From the UHGV virus genome UHGV-0118448: DNA of 36,522 bases; one strand, written 5' to 3'. A program made the translations under genes and the position numbers. This document shows positions 11,308-23,746 of this stretch, piece after piece (position 1 is the stretch's first letter; each line of letters begins with the position of its first letter). The notes under the pieces were generated by a model that made no database searches, was not told the origin of the DNA, and saw only the letters and a list, made by a program, of their open reading frames with translations. Source of the stretch: a virus.

Positions 11308-12603
11308 TCACGCGGTCTGGTTAGGCAGACCAACACCAATTGCCTCTGGTCGTACAGCACATGCTGAATACCACACAGCAATACGGCACTTGCCAGACAG
11401 AGTGTTGATATCCCCCTGCGTTGCGAAGATGCCGTTAACACCAATACCAGGAATGCTGAAGGAAGAAGTTTTCATGCCAGCAAACAGTTCATGGGTTACC
11501 GGAATCGGCTGAGACAGCAGGCGGATTGAGTCATCAGCCCAGAACACGTTAGCGGTGGTTGTTGCCACGTTCAGAACGTTTACCGGAGTGGTATCAGCAA
11601 GAGAGGTGTTTACGTTAGCGTAAGCCTTCTCTTCTTTTGTCAGTGACGCGTCATCCAGCGCAATCGGCTTCGGCGTGATTTCGATGTGAGTACTATCGAT
11701 CACACGGGTGATTGAGAAAGTCGCGTCATCAGTCAGCACATTCTTCGCCATCTGAGACAGGAACTTCACACCAGTGAAGCTGATTTTGTCGCCGCGCTTA
11801 AATCCGGTGGTGGAGGATACGGTCACCGTTGCAACACGGTTGTCGACGTTCTCTTTGTTACCATCGGTATCAAGGGTGTATGCCTGCGGCTTAAACTTCT
11901 GCGCACCAGACACAGTTACACCAGTAGCGGTTGACTTGGTAACTGCCGGAAGTTTCGGTGAGCGAAGAATTTCATCAAAGCCAGCAATCTGACGCTGAAT
12001 AGTACCGTTGCGATACGCTTCTTCAGGAACGCGCCCGAAGATGTCACCATCTACAAGATTGCGGCCTGCTTTGCGGTAATCGTCAGGGTTCAGGAAGTAA
12101 CTGATGCCCATATCGCGGTTTAGCTCACGGGAGAACATCAGGCGCTCTGCATCAGACACAAAATCCCAGCCAGACAGGCCAGTAGATGGACCAATTGCGC
12201 GGGTATCGTGAACAACAAGTGAGCCCATTTCAGTTGCCTGTTTGGCAATTGCTGACTCAATGTTATTCGCCAGTTTTTTGGCGGATGCCTGGATGCGGCG
12301 ACGGTAAGAACGCTCATCACGCAGGTCATCTGCACGAAGCTCGAAGAAATCGTTATCCGGATCGCCCATGTTGCATTTCACGGACAGTTCCAGAATACCG
12401 GTAGCGTTGCCAGTTAAATCCCAGCCAGTCTGAGTTGGCGCTTCCTGCTCAACAGGCATCCACACGGTGTTGCTTGAACGTTGCATGGATTCTGCCGGAG
12501 GGGTGTATTTTGTCACTTTGGACGCCATTGGCGTCAGGTTCTGGACGGTTTCGATGATTTCATCCAGAGCATACGTGACCAGTTGACCTTCATTTAATGC
12601 CAT
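11308..12603 (-). CDS. Major coat protein (P22 gp5-like)
   Basis: 431 aa; [54 protein letters not shown] and C-terminal [14 protein letters not shown] closely resemble P22 coat protein. Confidence 0.95.
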   Translation of the reverse strand: MALNEGQLVTYALDEIIETVQNLTPMASKVTKYTPPAESMQRSSNTVWMPVEQEAPTQTGWDLTGNATGILELSVKCNMGDPDNDFFELRADDLRDERSYRRRIQASAKKLANNIESAIAKQATEMGSLVVHDTRAIGPSTGLSGWDFVSDAERLMFSRELNRDMGISYFLNPDDYRKAGRNLVDGDIFGRVPEEAYRNGTIQRQIAGFDEILRSPKLPAVTKSTATGVTVSGAQKFKPQAYTLDTDGNKENVDNRVATVTVSSTTGFKRGDKISFTGVKFLSQMAKNVLTDDATFSITRVIDSTHIEITPKPIALDDASLTKEEKAYANVNTSLADTTPVNVLNVATTTANVFWADDSIRLLSQPIPVTHELFAGMKTSSFSIPGIGVNGIFATQGDINTLSGKCRIAVWYSACAVRPEAIGVGLPNQTA

Positions 12604-13514
12604 TATCGAATTCCTTTATTCAGTTGCGCCTTGAGCTTGCGGTATGTCTCTACATCCCCTTTGTTTGCTGCCGCTTCCATCTGCTTTTCAATCGCAGATA
12701 TATTTGCAGCAACAGCGTGTCCCTGAATGGGTTCATCAGGTAGCGGGGCTTCTGAAACAGGTTTGGCTCGAGGCTTGAGAGTTAAACGTTCTGACAGTCG
12801 AGTGAGTTCAATCAGCGCGGATTGCCCGTCCATCGCCAGCAACTGGCGTGTTTTCTCAGGATTAGCACCAAGGTGATACATGAGAGCGGCGGATTTCTCC
12901 GGGAAGAGGCGCATGATGTCGGCACCGACTGCTGGCGGCACCAGTTGCATGAATGCATCCTCTTTCTCCTGATAGTCAGGGATATTGAGCTTTTCCGCTG
13001 CGTCGTAGTGCTTACGGGCTGCCTCGACGTATTGCGCTGATTGCTGGGTGAACTCCTGAGTTTTGCGACCCTGCTCAGCGACAGCCTGGCTTCGTGCGTC
13101 CATAGCCTTGATCTGCCATTCACTGTTTGCCTGCTGGAAGGCAGCCAGTGCGCGGCTCTGGTCATAGTCGTACTTAGCCAGCGCATCTTCGGAAAGATAA
13201 TCGTTAGGGTCTGGTTGTTTTGGTAACTCAGGGTTCACCCGCAGGTGCTCCGGCAACTCTCCACGCTTAACCGCTTCCATCTGCTGCTCAAGCTCACGCT
13301 GGCGTTTGCGTTCGATGCGGCGACGGGCAAATTCAGCATTAGTTGCCGGGTCTTGTTTTGGTTTCTCATCGTCTTTCAGGACAATCTCGAAGCCTTCTTC
13401 CTGACCTGCGTTGTCGTTGGCATTATCGACAACTAAGCCATCAGCAGATGCCGCTGCATGATTGCCGAGCAGGGTTAATTCTTCAGAAGCCTGAATGTCG
13501 GTGGTTTGGTCCAT
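12603..13514 (-). CDS. Scaffolding protein (P22 gp8-like)
   Basis: 303 aa, matching P22 gp8 length and sequence pattern ([13 protein letters not shown]..., C-terminal ...[15 protein letters not shown]). Confidence 0.9.
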   Translation of the reverse strand: MDQTTDIQASEELTLLGNHAAASADGLVVDNANDNAGQEEGFEIVLKDDEKPKQDPATNAEFARRRIERKRQRELEQQMEAVKRGELPEHLRVNPELPKQPDPNDYLSEDALAKYDYDQSRALAAFQQANSEWQIKAMDARSQAVAEQGRKTQEFTQQSAQYVEAARKHYDAAEKLNIPDYQEKEDAFMQLVPPAVGADIMRLFPEKSAALMYHLGANPEKTRQLLAMDGQSALIELTRLSERLTLKPRAKPVSEAPLPDEPIQGHAVAANISAIEKQMEAAANKGDVETYRKLKAQLNKGIR

Positions 13515-13527
13515 GATTAACTCTCTC

Positions 13528-15693
13528 TTATTGAGGTGTCTCGGCTACTCCGCCGGAGGGGATTTGAACTTGACGCATAAGATTCGCGAAATCCATGCGT
13601 TGTGAATGAGTCTGGTCTGCATCTTTAAGAAGCAGCTCAGCGTTAGCACGAGCATCTTTGCTGCGCTGTTGCTGGAATTGACCTACGAGCTTGAGGTACT
13701 CACGCAGTTCTGCCTGCTTGTCGAGGTCCATATTGTTGAAGATTTCTGCAATCTTCGCGGCGTTGAGTTGGTTTTGGGCTTCAACCTTGGCAGCTTCAAC
13801 CTGAATCTGCGCCTGTTGGTTCTCTGCCTTGAGCAATTCAGCCTGACCTTGCAGAAGGATACCCTGCGCCTGAATTTGCTCTGCTGATGGCTGCTGCGGC
13901 TGTTGTTGTGCCTGCTGTACCATCTCCATCTCTTCAGGTGTTTCTGGTTTCTTCAGCCCCATCATCACCAGTTGCTTGTTCGCGTACTCTCGCATCATCT
14001 CAACGCCTTTACCGTCAAGCAGCGTGAAGTATTGCAGCATCAGCATCTGGAACTCTGGAGTACCTTGCGGAACCTTGGTGAGTAACTCCTGAATCTCTGC
14101 GCGGTTCTGTTCCTTCATGCTCTGGAAGGATGGCCCAACGTCTGTATAGCACTCATAGCGACCGCGAATGTCGTTGAGTGTGACCACATTACCGGACTGG
14201 TAATCTACAACTTGCGCGTAGAGTTGAACGTCTTTCTCGCTACCATCTTCAAGTGTCAGCGTTACATGACGAGGAACGTCATAAATATCGTTGACCATTG
14301 AGGCATAAATCTCGCCATCACGTCGCATTGCGGTAGCCAGGTTATCCTGAAACACGTATGTCTCAAGGTCTGCCCGCATGTTCAGTTGATTGACGGTATC
14401 GAAAGCGACCTGAGAGTTTGCCGCCTGCGCATCCACGCCAAGACTAGCCACCTCTTTCACTGCGTTGGTGGCAGCCTCAAGCATGTAAGCGTTGGCCTGC
14501 GGTACTTCAGGGTTTTCCATGTAGGAGATTGGACCAATCGGCAGGTCGTTACCGTTTTCATCGGTCCTGTTCTGCAGATAGTACGGATAGTCATCATTTC
14601 CACCGTACATGTATTCGTAGCCTTCGATTTGCTCAGGGAAGAAGGTCGGTTTCTTCTTCGGTGAACGAGCAACAATATCGGCGTTGAACGACATGATCAT
14701 GTTACGAAGGCGTTGACCGTCTTTCGTCAGCCTTACCACTCCCTCGTAGCACTCCTTGTCACCAGCGAATGACCATTCTCCATACACTGGAACGATTGGG
14801 ATATGCTCTCCGGCTATCTTTTCTCGGTCTTTCAGTATCTGCGTGCAGGTGATGATCGACTTATACACACGACGACGCTTCACCTTGCGCTCTGCTACCT
14901 TAATGAATCCACGATTAGCCAGGTCGTCGATAACGTCTTTAATATCCTGCTGGTAATAGCTGACTGGCTCACCTGTCAACGGGTCGCGGTAGATGAAGAC
15001 TTTCTCCTTCTTCTCTTCTACCTCGTAATACTCAGCGACGTAGACGACATCATTCGATACCCACGGAAACAGCCATGTGTCGTTCGGATTCTGGAAAGAT
15101 GGCAAGGTGTCCGGATCAATACCGTAATCCTCTGCGAACTCTTTCCAGCCATTGCGTGACAAAGCGTTAATCACCGTGCAGTGCTTAGCGTCGCTCTTAT
15201 CCATCTGCTTGCTGTTGGCGTCCCATATGACGTGTGAGCAGGCCTCATGGATTGGCAGGCGTCTGATTACCTGATTGTTGCTTGTTGGGTCGTTGTCTTC
15301 GTACTGGGTGACCAGACGCCATGCACCAACGCCGGACTCTATCTGCTCACGAACGCCAACGTTAACGGCAATCTTTGCCGTGTTATGGCGCATATCAGTA
15401 CGATACATTCCCATCAACACATCGGCAGCATCAGGATTAGCGCCGTCTTTGGGTCGGAAGAGAACGTCGATAGGGTTCCGGCGCATCTCTGCGACCAGTT
15501 TCCTGACCACCGGGCGAACAACATCGAATTGTCCGCGATATTGCAGGGTAGTGTAGTTTGATAGCCAGTCATCCCATTGCGACACTCGGCTAAAATACAG
15601 GTCATTTGTCGCCTCGGTTCTGGCTTCATCGCTCGCCATCCAGTCCGCGTCAAACTTACACAGAATGGAAATGAGTCTGTTTTCGTCGGCCAT
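13528..15693 (-). CDS. Portal protein (P22 gp1-like)
   Basis: 721 aa; conserved P22 portal blocks ([29 protein letters not shown]..., ...FNNMDLDKQ...). Confidence 0.95.
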   Translation of the reverse strand: MADENRLISILCKFDADWMASDEARTEATNDLYFSRVSQWDDWLSNYTTLQYRGQFDVVRPVVRKLVAEMRRNPIDVLFRPKDGANPDAADVLMGMYRTDMRHNTAKIAVNVGVREQIESGVGAWRLVTQYEDNDPTSNNQVIRRLPIHEACSHVIWDANSKQMDKSDAKHCTVINALSRNGWKEFAEDYGIDPDTLPSFQNPNDTWLFPWVSNDVVYVAEYYEVEEKKEKVFIYRDPLTGEPVSYYQQDIKDVIDDLANRGFIKVAERKVKRRRVYKSIITCTQILKDREKIAGEHIPIVPVYGEWSFAGDKECYEGVVRLTKDGQRLRNMIMSFNADIVARSPKKKPTFFPEQIEGYEYMYGGNDDYPYYLQNRTDENGNDLPIGPISYMENPEVPQANAYMLEAATNAVKEVASLGVDAQAANSQVAFDTVNQLNMRADLETYVFQDNLATAMRRDGEIYASMVNDIYDVPRHVTLTLEDGSEKDVQLYAQVVDYQSGNVVTLNDIRGRYECYTDVGPSFQSMKEQNRAEIQELLTKVPQGTPEFQMLMLQYFTLLDGKGVEMMREYANKQLVMMGLKKPETPEEMEMVQQAQQQPQQPSAEQIQAQGILLQGQAELLKAENQQAQIQVEAAKVEAQNQLNAAKIAEIFNNMDLDKQAELREYLKLVGQFQQQRSKDARANAELLLKDADQTHSQRMDFANLMRQVQIPSGGVAETPQ

Positions 15694-17193
15694 TTAAGTT
15701 CTCCGTGCGATGGGCCTGATTGGGGCTGGTATCTTTTTCTCTTTTGGTTTTTTGATGTCGCGCATCATTTTTGCGAAGCGGCGCATCATGTATGCATAGC
15801 GAACGGCTGATAGCACGTCGTCGTTAAGCTTGACGATCTTCCCGTTTTCATCACGGTGATAGAGGCGAAACTCCTCAAAGAATGGCTCACAGGTGTTGAA
15901 TACTTTGAAGCGACCATCGAGCATCATGTCGCGCAATTCAGTGATGCCAGGCTCCACCGCGTTACCGCCATCAGGCCATGTCGCATGCTCCTGCAACATC
16001 ATAAAACCAGCATCTGCATACTGCCCTTTGAGCTGCTCACCGCCGCCCTTCTCGTGCTGGTTTCCGTCATGAGGCCATGCTGTTGGCACTTTATGCGCCC
16101 ATGATTTAACAGCTCCCCATGCCTGAACGGCTGTTTTTTCTTTCGCCTTCCACACGCGTGAAACGTAGATTGTGTCTGCGTCCTTATCCCACCAAAGCTG
16201 AACCTGCGCCTGTGGGTGATCCCATCCGAAATCCATCCCGCCAATTACGTAGAAGTGATCAGGACACTCGAACGGCTGACACTTAATCGTCTCTTCCGGT
16301 ATCTGGAAGATTCGACCACTACCCATCGTAGGAATACCGCGAGCACGCGCCTCTCTCTCATGCTCTGGATAGGATGCGATGATTTGCTCTTTCTGCTCGT
16401 CGGTATAGTGCTCAGCGTCATAGATGGTCATGTTGACCACTTTCTGCGACTTGCTGGGATTCTTCAGGAACTTGGTAACAACGTCAGACATCCCCATCAG
16501 CGGGGTAAACGTCAGAATTGAGAATTGCCCGTATTTGTTGGTACGGGTAAGACCTTCGCCATAAATGCTGTATGGTGGCTCTTCGTCAAACCACACGCCG
16601 TGGATTGTGTCACCCTGCCAGCGAGCACGGCCTTGCGAGTATGGTTTGAAGTAGCAGATTGAAATGCCATCTTCAACGCCATCAGCCGTGTGATGCTTAA
16701 CCAGAAGATGATCAACAAGGTTCGGAAAGAAAGGAGACTTCTTCCAGCTAATGATGTCTTCTTTCGGTATGGAACCGTAGCCTGGCTCGTCATTCTCTTC
16801 GATACGACCGCACAGGATGCGTTGAGTCGTTTTGGTTACCGTCTCGTTTGTCTCGCCACCAATCCAGAAGACAACAGGCTCATAGAAACGCTTACCTTTC
16901 CACTCACCGCCATATTTACCATCAGCAGGATAGCCTTTTGTGCCCGGATAACGCCCTGTAAGGTGAAACGCGACTTCGGCAGCACCGGTAAATGACTTAC
17001 CAAGCTGGTTACCAGCCATAAAACAGCGCTCTGGATAGTCATGCCCGGCGTCGATGAACTCACGCTGTTTGCTGTATGGCGTAAATTCATATAGCAGGTG
17101 TGTGTTCCGGTAGTTCTCTTCTTCTTCGAGTAGCTCGAGCAACTCGATTTGCTCTTCGTCGCTCAGGTTATCAAGAATCGCGTCCAGTTCCAC
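15694..17193 (-). CDS. Terminase large subunit (P22 gp2-like)
   Basis: 499 aa, same as P22 gp2; ATPase motif region GNQLGKSF; directly upstream of portal. Confidence 0.95.
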   Translation of the reverse strand: MELDAILDNLSDEEQIELLELLEEEENYRNTHLLYEFTPYSKQREFIDAGHDYPERCFMAGNQLGKSFTGAAEVAFHLTGRYPGTKGYPADGKYGGEWKGKRFYEPVVFWIGGETNETVTKTTQRILCGRIEENDEPGYGSIPKEDIISWKKSPFFPNLVDHLLVKHHTADGVEDGISICYFKPYSQGRARWQGDTIHGVWFDEEPPYSIYGEGLTRTNKYGQFSILTFTPLMGMSDVVTKFLKNPSKSQKVVNMTIYDAEHYTDEQKEQIIASYPEHEREARARGIPTMGSGRIFQIPEETIKCQPFECPDHFYVIGGMDFGWDHPQAQVQLWWDKDADTIYVSRVWKAKEKTAVQAWGAVKSWAHKVPTAWPHDGNQHEKGGGEQLKGQYADAGFMMLQEHATWPDGGNAVEPGITELRDMMLDGRFKVFNTCEPFFEEFRLYHRDENGKIVKLNDDVLSAVRYAYMMRRFAKMMRDIKKPKEKKIPAPIRPIARRT

Positions 17194-17665
17194 GGTTGAA
17201 TAGCTCCTTGATACGAGAGCGCCGCTTATCGCGATCTCCCTTATCAGGTGTCACGTCTTCAACTTGCGACTGCTCTTTGAGGCCCAAATCACGGGCGATG
17301 ATGTTAGCGTTGAGAAGGTCAGCGGCTGCGCCAGAGAATTTCTGGTCGTAGATGACCTGCTCTGCTCGCGTAACGACTTCAGATAAATCTTCTCGCAGGC
17401 GATATGTGCGCCATGTTTCAAGCGTCACATCAATGAACAGAGTGAGTCCGGTAATAGTCATCGCTCGCATCTTGGCGATAGGCTCTTGTATCACTTCACC
17501 CTGATACGAGAATGCCTTCATCTCCCATAGCGGGTTAGCTTCTACCCACTCGAAGTATTCACAACAAGCAGCCCACAGCGCCTCAGGCGATTCGAATTTC
17601 GGGTTTCGCCCATGACTACTGCGGGCCTCCCAAAATCGGTTGCCCTTTGGTGCCGCCATATTCAT
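17171..17665 (-). CDS. Terminase small subunit (P22 gp3-like)
   Basis: [29 protein letters not shown]... typical TerS N-terminus; overlaps TerL start. Confidence 0.85.
   Translation of the reverse strand: MNMAAPKGNRFWEARSSHGRNPKFESPEALWAACCEYFEWVEANPLWEMKAFSYQGEVIQEPIAKMRAMTITGLTLFIDVTLETWRTYRLREDLSEVVTRAEQVIYDQKFSGAAADLLNANIIARDLGLKEQSQVEDVTPDKGDRDKRRSRIKELFNRGTGRDS
17371..17392 (-). promoter_or_regulatory. Candidate pac site inside terS
   Basis: Minus strand reads GAAGATTTATCTGAAGTCGTTA (encoding ...EDLSEVVT...), which closely resembles the 22-bp P22 pac site as I recall it. Confidence 0.45.
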
Positions 17666-17863
17666 CTCACTTATTTGTTATTTCAGGCTGATGACTCTTT
17701 CGCGCTTTCAATCAGTGACTGCTTCAGCAATTCGAGTGTGCCAATCGCCTCGCATAAACTGATTTCACCATCGTAATCATGGATGACGCTTTCAAGCCGC
17801 TCGTATAGCTCTTGAGTAATTGGGAATTTCTTCTCCTTACCCAAATTGATTACGCGGCTCACA

Positions 17864-18106
17864 TCATGCTCCGGTAGTGAACAGGTCTAACGCTTCCTTC
17901 GATTTACGCACCGCTTCGATAGTGCGGGTCGTGATATCTGAATTAGCGCCGCCTGACTGGAAGTGAATTTTGAATAACTCAAGCTTCAGCTCGTCAGTGC
18001 CAATGAACTGAAATGCTTCTTCTGCGGCTGCGTTCTGGTTCATGACCAGTTTGTAAATCTCTAACTGGAATTTCTGTTCTTCAGTCATGGGAATAATCTC
18101 TGCCAT
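17864..18106 (-). CDS. Hypothetical protein (P22 ORF80 position, upstream of terS)
   Basis: 80-aa ORF with ACGGAG Shine-Dalgarno; synteny only. Confidence 0.45.
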   Translation of the reverse strand: MAEIIPMTEEQKFQLEIYKLVMNQNAAAEEAFQFIGTDELKLELFKIHFQSGGANSDITTRTIEAVRKSKEALDLFTTGA

Positions 18107-18333
18107 TGTTGGCTCCGTTTATCCGTTAAAAGGGATATCAGTTAAGTTATCCCGTGTAGGGTATAAGCCATTGTCGAGACCACTCATTGAATGGCCTCTG
18201 CAATAACCGATGTCTTTCCATCAGTCCGCCACCACAAAGAATCTTTTTTGCCATAAGGCTGGAGGTTCATCTTTCAGTGGCTGCCAGTGTTATTTCCCCA
18301 CTTACTGGCTTGGGTTGTTTCGCTGTACTGCCG

Positions 18334-18876
18334 TTAATTGGTGAGTCCGGGGATTACGGTTTGCCCGTGCTGTTCAAGGCGTTCAATTCTCGCCAGTAGC
18401 TGAGGCTTCTTAATTTTTCCCCAGCGATTAAGCAGGCGGCCTGACATGCTGGCAACATCCTTCTCTTTCATGTACTCCAGCATTACGGCATTTCTCTCTT
18501 CTTCAAATTGACGATGACCAACCTGAAGCATGGCGTACATCCAGTTGAATGCGTTGATGTAAGCAATTTTGATACGCATTGCTTCTTTTTTGGTGTAGGA
18601 CATAACCAAAAGCATCAACCCATCCTTGCGGAGACGGTAGAATTTTTGCGGCTTACCATTCTGTAACTCATTGTTTTTATAGCAAAGCTCAAAGTTGAGC
18701 TTTGTATCAAACTCAGGAGGGCAAGCTTCTATGGTTCGTTCAATGTCACGAACCACGTTCTTCGGCAGCTTTCCAAATGCTTTTGCCACCATAAAAGAAT
18801 CTGTAACCGGATCGTTGTTTGCTACAAAAATTAGGTCTCTGAAATCTATATCGTTAACAACGGTTGGGTAGTTCAT
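18334..18876 (-). CDS. rha: Rha-family phage regulatory protein
   Basis: 180 aa; N-terminal region LIFVANNDPVTDSFMVAKAFGKLPKNVVRDIE is Rha-like; sits between lysis genes and terS as in P22. Confidence 0.75.
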   Translation of the reverse strand: MNYPTVVNDIDFRDLIFVANNDPVTDSFMVAKAFGKLPKNVVRDIERTIEACPPEFDTKLNFELCYKNNELQNGKPQKFYRLRKDGLMLLVMSYTKKEAMRIKIAYINAFNWMYAMLQVGHRQFEEERNAVMLEYMKEKDVASMSGRLLNRWGKIKKPQLLARIERLEQHGQTVIPGLTN

Positions 18877-19024
18877 TGCGTCTTTACCTTTTAGAAAGAT
18901 GAGCCTGTTCGCACAGAAAAGCCGTCCCCGAGATGGTCGCCACCATATACGGCAATTCTCAGGCTCAGCTTTCTGAAAGACTCGGGATTGTTACGCGCTG
19001 CGATGCGCGGTTTACTGCAGATGT

Positions 19025-19048
19025 AAAAAAGCCCCGCAAATGCGAGGC
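19025..19048 (-). terminator. Intrinsic terminator downstream of lysis cassette
   Basis: Minus strand GCCTCGCA-TTT-GCGGGGC hairpin followed by TTTTTTA. Confidence 0.5.
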
Positions 19049-19222
19049 TAAATCCTGGTATTTGTAATGACTGGCTCTTATCTCAACGCAGCCCCTTACC
19101 GCGCGCCAGATGCTCAATATCAAGCATCAGCAATGAGATGTTTAATCTGGATTCACTCCAGAAGTGATCATCACCCTGTCTACAGAGCCAGATGTGAAGG
19201 ATGATGAGTAAAATTATCGCTA

Positions 19223-19690
19223 TCATCGAAGGCATTGCGTCCTGATGTATTCCTGAAGCGTTCTCAGTGCTGTTTGGTCGCGGATAATTCCGTCCCGGAC
19301 ACCGAGAACGTTTCGTCCAGCAACTGGAGAGAGTTCGACGGTGGCATCATTGCCCATGCCGGAGGCGCCGGAGGTTTCGGCTGAGGATGGCACAGGGCAT
19401 TTTCCTTTGACGAGCACCCTGCCACCATTATCAAGCTTGCGCCGAAGAGCATCATTTTCAGCTTTCGCATCAGCTAACTCCTTCGTGTATTTAGCATCGA
19501 GTGCATCAGCAGCACGCTGGCGTTGCTGCATGTCAGTAATGGTGGCGGTCGCCTGCTTCAGCTCACTGACTTTTTTATCTCGCTGTTCTTTGTAGGCGAT
19601 GGCGTTATCACGGTAGTGATTAACAGCCCATGACAGGCAAACGATGATGCAGATAACCAGAGCGGAGATAATCGCGGTTACTCTGCTCAT
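19223..19690 (-). CDS. Rz: Spanin, inner-membrane subunit (Rz)
   Basis: N-terminal TM segment [23 protein letters not shown]; coiled-coil middle; follows endolysin. Confidence 0.9.
   Translation of the reverse strand: MSRVTAIISALVICIIVCLSWAVNHYRDNAIAYKEQRDKKVSELKQATATITDMQQRQRAADALDAKYTKELADAKAENDALRRKLDNGGRVLVKGKCPVPSSAETSGASGMGNDATVELSPVAGRNVLGVRDGIIRDQTALRTLQEYIRTQCLR
19264..19470 (-). CDS. Rz1: Spanin, outer-membrane lipoprotein subunit (Rz1), embedded in Rz in +1 frame
   Basis: [21 protein letters not shown] lipobox (VAGC) followed by Pro-rich [11 protein letters not shown], fully inside Rz. Confidence 0.8.
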   Translation of the reverse strand: MRKLKMMLFGASLIMVAGCSSKENALCHPQPKPPAPPAWAMMPPSNSLQLLDETFSVSGTELSATKQH

Positions 19691-20163
19691 ACCTCAATCT
19701 CTCTGACCATTCCGCCAGCTTCTTTGAATTTTGCAATCAGGTTGTCAGCCTTATGCTCGAACTGACCATAACCAGCCCCCGGCAGTGAAGCCCAGATATT
19801 GCTGCAACGGTCGATTGCCTGACGGATATCACCGCGATCAATCATCGGTAAAGCGCCACGCTCTTTAATCTGTTGCAGTGCCACAGCGTCCTGGCTTTTC
19901 GGAGAGAAGTCTTTCAGGCCAAGCTGCTTACGATAGGCATCCCACCAACGGGAAAGAAGCTGGTAGCGTCCGGCGGCTGTTGATTTGAGTTTGGGGTTTA
20001 GCGTGACAAGTTTGCGAGGGTGATCGGAGTAATCAGTTAATAGCTCTCCGCCTACAATGACGTCATAACCATGATTTCTGGTTTTCTGACGTCCGTTATC
20101 AGTTCCCTCTGACCACGCCAGCATATCGAGGAACGCCTTACGTTGATTATTGATTTCCACCAT
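19687..20163 (-). CDS. R: Endolysin (lambda R-type lytic transglycosylase)
   Basis: [39 protein letters not shown]... essentially lambda R. Confidence 0.95.
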   Translation of the reverse strand: MVEINNQRKAFLDMLAWSEGTDNGRQKTRNHGYDVIVGGELLTDYSDHPRKLVTLNPKLKSTAAGRYQLLSRWWDAYRKQLGLKDFSPKSQDAVALQQIKERGALPMIDRGDIRQAIDRCSNIWASLPGAGYGQFEHKADNLIAKFKEAGGMVREIEV

Positions 20164-20470
20164 CTTCTACTCCGGCTTTTTTAGCAGCGAAGCGTTTGAT
20201 AAGCGAACCAATCGAGTCAGTACCGATGTAGCCGATGAACACGCTCGTTATATAAGCGAGATTGCTACTTAGTCCGGCGAAGTCGAGAAGGTCACGAATG
20301 AACCAGGCGATAATGGCGCACATCGTTGCGTCGATTACTGTTTTTGTAAACGCACCGCCATTATATCTGCCGCGAAGGTACGCCATTGCAAACGCAAGGA
20401 TTGCCCCGATGCCTTGTTCCTTTGCCGCGAGAATGGCGGCTAACAGGTCATGTTTTTCTGGCATCTTCAT
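20147..20470 (-). CDS. S: Holin (lambda S-type, dual-start MKM)
   Basis: [41 protein letters not shown]... essentially lambda S107/S105. Confidence 0.95.
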   Translation of the reverse strand: MKMPEKHDLLAAILAAKEQGIGAILAFAMAYLRGRYNGGAFTKTVIDATMCAIIAWFIRDLLDFAGLSSNLAYITSVFIGYIGTDSIGSLIKRFAAKKAGVEDGGNQ

Positions 20471-20596
20471 GTCTTACCCCCAATAAGGGGATTTGCTCTA
20501 TTTAATTAGGAATAAGGTCGATTACTGATAGAACAAATCCAGGCTACTGTGTTTAGTAATCAGATTTGTTCGTGACCGATATGCACGGGCAAAACG

Positions 20597-20626
20597 GCAG
20601 GAGGTTGTTAGCGCGACCTCCTGCCA
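20597..20626 (-). other. Perfect 10-bp stem hairpin between tR' and holin
   Basis: ggcaggaggt-tgttagcgcg-acctcctgcc; also present at this position in lambda as I recall. Confidence 0.4.
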
Positions 20627-20866
20627 CCCGCTTTCACGAAGATCATGTGTAGAAGGCCGCAGCGTAACTATCACTGATGAATTCAGGATAGCCAGTGGCT
20701 ACGGCTCAGTTTGGGTTGTGCTGTTGCTGGGCGGCGATGACGCCTGTACGCATTTGGTGATCCGGTTCTGCTTCCGGCATTCGCTTAATTCAGCACAACG
20801 ATAAGAGCACTCGGTGCATTTAAGCCAAGCCCCATAAGGGAGAATGCTCTTACCTGTTGCACAGGT

Positions 20867-20926
20867 ATAAAAAATCCCGAAACCGTTATGCAGGCTCTAA
20901 CTATTACCTGCGAACTGTTTCGGGAT
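20867..20926 (-). terminator. tR' late terminator (end of 6S RNA)
   Basis: Minus strand TCCCGAAAC ... GTTTCGGGA hairpin followed by TTTTTTAT, about 190 nt downstream of pR'. Confidence 0.8.
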
Positions 20927-21067
20927 TGCATTTTGCAGACCTCTCAGCCTGCGATGGTTGGAGTTCCAGACGATACGTCGAAGTGACCAACTAGGCGGAA
21001 TCGGTAGTAAGCGCCGCCTCTTTTTATCTCACTACCACAACGAGCGAATTAACCCATCGTTGGGTCA

Positions 21068-21096
21068 AATTTACCCAACTTTATTCAAAAAGTCAA
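21068..21096 (-). promoter_or_regulatory. Late promoter pR' with qut region
   Basis: Minus strand TTGACT-17 nt-TAAATT just downstream of Q stop; sequence closely matches lambda pR'. Confidence 0.8.
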
Positions 21097-21138
21097 TATC
21101 ATGCCGTTAATATGTTGCCATCCGTGGCAATCATGCTG

Positions 21139-21762
21139 CTAACGTGTGACCGCATTCAAGATATTGTCTGCGATTGACTCTTCCTTGTGGCATTGCACCA
21201 CCAGAGCGTCATACAGCGGCTTAACAGTGCGTGACCAGGTGGGTTGAGTAAGGTTTGGGATTAGCATCGTTACAGCGCGATATGCGGCGCTTGCTGGCAT
21301 CCTTGAATAGCCGACACCTTTGCATCTTCCGCACTCTTTCTCAACAACTCTCCCCCACTGCTCTGTTTTTGCTATATCAACCGCGCGGCCTGTACCGTGG
21401 CAATCTCTGCATCTTGCCCCCGGCGTCGCGGCACTACGGCAATAATCCGCATAAGCGAATGTTGCGAGCACTTGCAGCACCTTTGCCTTAGTATTTCCTT
21501 CGAGCTTTGCCACACCACGGTATTTCCCCGATACCTTGTGTGCAAATTGCATCAGATAGTTGATAGCCTTTTGTTTGTCGTTCTGGCTGAGTTCATGCTT
21601 ACCGCAGAATGCAGCCATTCCGAATCCGGCTTGTGATTGCGCCATCCCCATAGCAGCCATCACATCAGTACCGGAAAGAGAGTCAGAAGCCGTGGCCCGT
21701 GGTGAGTCGCTCATCATCGGGCTTTTTGGCGAATGAAATTTAGCTACGCTTTCGAGTCTCAT
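21139..21762 (-). CDS. Q: Late antiterminator Q (lambda-type)
   Basis: 207 aa, [31 protein letters not shown]... essentially lambda Q with zinc-finger Cys cluster. Confidence 0.95.
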   Translation of the reverse strand: MRLESVAKFHSPKSPMMSDSPRATASDSLSGTDVMAAMGMAQSQAGFGMAAFCGKHELSQNDKQKAINYLMQFAHKVSGKYRGVAKLEGNTKAKVLQVLATFAYADYCRSAATPGARCRDCHGTGRAVDIAKTEQWGRVVEKECGRCKGVGYSRMPASAAYRAVTMLIPNLTQPTWSRTVKPLYDALVVQCHKEESIADNILNAVTR

Positions 21763-22424
21763 GCGCCTTCTCCCTGTACCTGAATCAATGTGAGGTTTCC
21801 GCAGAACACTGCGCCGGTATCGATATACATCTGGTTGGCAAACTTGAGTGGTTTCACTGCTGGCGTATGACCAAAGATGAACATGTCCGCGCCTTTGATT
21901 TCTTTCACGATCCCGTCTTGTGAGTTGCTGATTCGTTCGCGGTTCCAGATTACCTGCTGATGATCAACTGGCTTTCCAAACTCGTATTCGTCACAAGGAT
22001 AATCGGCGTGGCAGATGACATATTTTTTATCTTTGCTCACCAGTTCGATGATTAACGGAAGTTCTTCTGCTTTATGGGCAAGAGCTTTAGCCAGAATTTC
22101 TTTGTCGTAATCGAGATTAAAGAACCAGCCACCGCCATTAAGCAGCCAGTGATTAACGTTTCCACGCTCTGATAAGCCATCAATCATCATTTGCTCATGG
22201 TTTCCACGTACAGCTCTGAACCAGGGGAATGTGATTAATTCCAGGCATTCGACGTTCTCTGCACCGCGATCGACCAAATCGCCAACCGAGATAAGCAGGT
22301 CTTTGTTGGTGTCGAATCCTATCGTCTCCAGTTTTTTCATCAGGTTCGTGTAGCATCCGTGCAGATCGCCAACTACCCAAATATTTCGGTATTTGCTGCC
22401 ATCAATTCTTTCGTAATAGCGCAT
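21759..22424 (-). CDS. ninI: NinI Ser/Thr protein phosphatase (start at internal Met MRYYER)
   Basis: GDLHGCY and GNHE metallophosphatase motifs; matches lambda NinI (221 aa). Confidence 0.9.
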   Translation of the reverse strand: MRYYERIDGSKYRNIWVVGDLHGCYTNLMKKLETIGFDTNKDLLISVGDLVDRGAENVECLELITFPWFRAVRGNHEQMMIDGLSERGNVNHWLLNGGGWFFNLDYDKEILAKALAHKAEELPLIIELVSKDKKYVICHADYPCDEYEFGKPVDHQQVIWNRERISNSQDGIVKEIKGADMFIFGHTPAVKPLKFANQMYIDTGAVFCGNLTLIQVQGEGA

Positions 22425-22608
22425 CTCTTTCACTCCATCCGCGATGAACCATAAGAACGTCGTTGACGATGGCGTGCATTTTCCCGTCTTTATCATCAAC
22501 GTATTTTCTGACCGTGCCGCGACTACATTTCAGTCTGCGTGCTACTTCTGTCTGGTTTCTGTATGCTTCAACGAGCATGTCTGGAATGGTTTTTACTGAG
22601 AACGTCAT
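22402..22608 (-). CDS. ninH: NinH
   Basis: 68 aa [37 protein letters not shown], lambda NinH-like. Confidence 0.85.
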   Translation of the reverse strand: MTFSVKTIPDMLVEAYRNQTEVARRLKCSRGTVRKYVDDKDGKMHAIVNDVLMVHRGWSERDALLRKN

Positions 22609-23216
22609 GCGGCCTCACTTCTGCTATTTCGCAGGTCTTTGAGTTTCTGTTGGTACTCTGCCTTGATCGCCTTGCACTCTTCGATAGTCCAGCGATGGCG
22701 GTTATGGTTTGATTCGATTTCGTCTACTGCTTCCTGCCCGATGCGGATAATCAGTTCGACGCGATACGGAACGAGATTTCCGCTTTTGTGCTGGTTGCAC
22801 ACCACACATTGCTTGTGAATATTGCGTTCATCAAATCGGAGTTGAGGTGCCGCAGCAGTTGTCCGGTAATGTCCGGCATCCCACTGAGCAGACGTGAGCG
22901 TTCCGCACGAGATACATGGTAAGTCGCGGTCTCTTTCTCTGATGAAGGCGTTTACGGCTTGTTGGGCTTGTTTAATCCAGTAACTGCGGGGCTTTAAGGC
23001 GAGTTTTCGAATCTTAAGTTTATCTTTCTGTTTCTGCTCCTCTCGTCGTCGTTTCTTCTCTGCTGCTTTTTCCGCTTTTTCGCGTTCTTTACTTCGTCGT
23101 TCGAGTGCTATCTTGGTTCCACACTCTGGAGAGCACCACCACTGATTGGCGAATGCAGGGTGAAACCATTCCCGACATTCATCGTTTTTACATCGTCTTC
23201 GCGCTGGTTTAGCCAT
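22605..23216 (-). CDS. ninG: NinG (Rap) recombination-associated protein
   Basis: 203 aa, Cys-rich, lambda NinG-like. Confidence 0.9.
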   Translation of the reverse strand: MAKPARRRCKNDECREWFHPAFANQWWCSPECGTKIALERRSKEREKAEKAAEKKRRREEQKQKDKLKIRKLALKPRSYWIKQAQQAVNAFIRERDRDLPCISCGTLTSAQWDAGHYRTTAAAPQLRFDERNIHKQCVVCNQHKSGNLVPYRVELIIRIGQEAVDEIESNHNRHRWTIEECKAIKAEYQQKLKDLRNSRSEAA

Positions 23217-23385
23217 CGTCTTCTTCCTCGTACATTGAGCTATTCGGATCGCTCATCAGTTCTGCGCAGCAGTGCTCACACACGTGAACTTCCAGCACAT
23301 GCAGCTTCTGACCGCAGTTAGCGCACGTTAATGCCCGCTCGACGCTTTCTTTCTGGTATTGAAGGGATTGGGATGGGCTAAGCAT
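23209..23385 (-). CDS. ninF: NinF (58 aa, not in ORF track)
   Basis: Hand translation [58 protein letters not shown]; CxxC..CxxC; overlaps ninG start by 8 nt. Confidence 0.6.
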   Translation of the reverse strand: MLSPSQSLQYQKESVERALTCANCGQKLHVLEVHVCEHCCAELMSDPNSSMYEEEDDG

Positions 23386-23746
23386 TATTGGCGTCCTGAA
23401 TCATGAGAAAGACAATCATGGCGGCACGGAGTGGATTGTCATATGCGACACCAACATTCGGTCCGGCATCATCAAACAAGTCCCTTGCGTTGTCTGTAGC
23501 GCACGGCATTGAGGGATTGTCTAAAATTATGCTGATGTTGTTTTCAGTGATAATCGGCCATGCGTCTGATGGTCTTTTACAGTAATCAACCGTTTTTATT
23601 GCATAACCAGTTTCGTCATCCCACTCAACACCAACGATTGATGTTCCCAACTTTGCGATTTCGCAATCTTCGGGAGCAAATCCACAGCAAATTGCCACTC
23701 GCTTGTTAATTTCAAAATCACTTAACTGTGAATAATCCATTGTCAT
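23378..23746 (-). CDS. NinX-like protein (start MTMDYSQ, ATGA-coupled to NinE stop)
   Basis: Position between ninE and ninF as in P22 nin region; start codon overlaps upstream stop. Confidence 0.5.
   Translation of the reverse strand: MTMDYSQLSDFEINKRVAICCGFAPEDCEIAKLGTSIVGVEWDDETGYAIKTVDYCKRPSDAWPIITENNISIILDNPSMPCATDNARDLFDDAGPNVGVAYDNPLRAAMIVFLMIQDANNA

Noticed and set aside
17666-17863. Possible small gene between ORF80-like and terS
   Set aside because: Hand translation from every ATG gives stops within 2 to 25 codons.
18107-18333. Possible coding sequence between Rha and the ORF80-like gene
   Set aside because: The only minus-strand ATG-initiated frame I traced here terminates after 29 codons and has no ribosome-binding site; treated as non-coding spacer.
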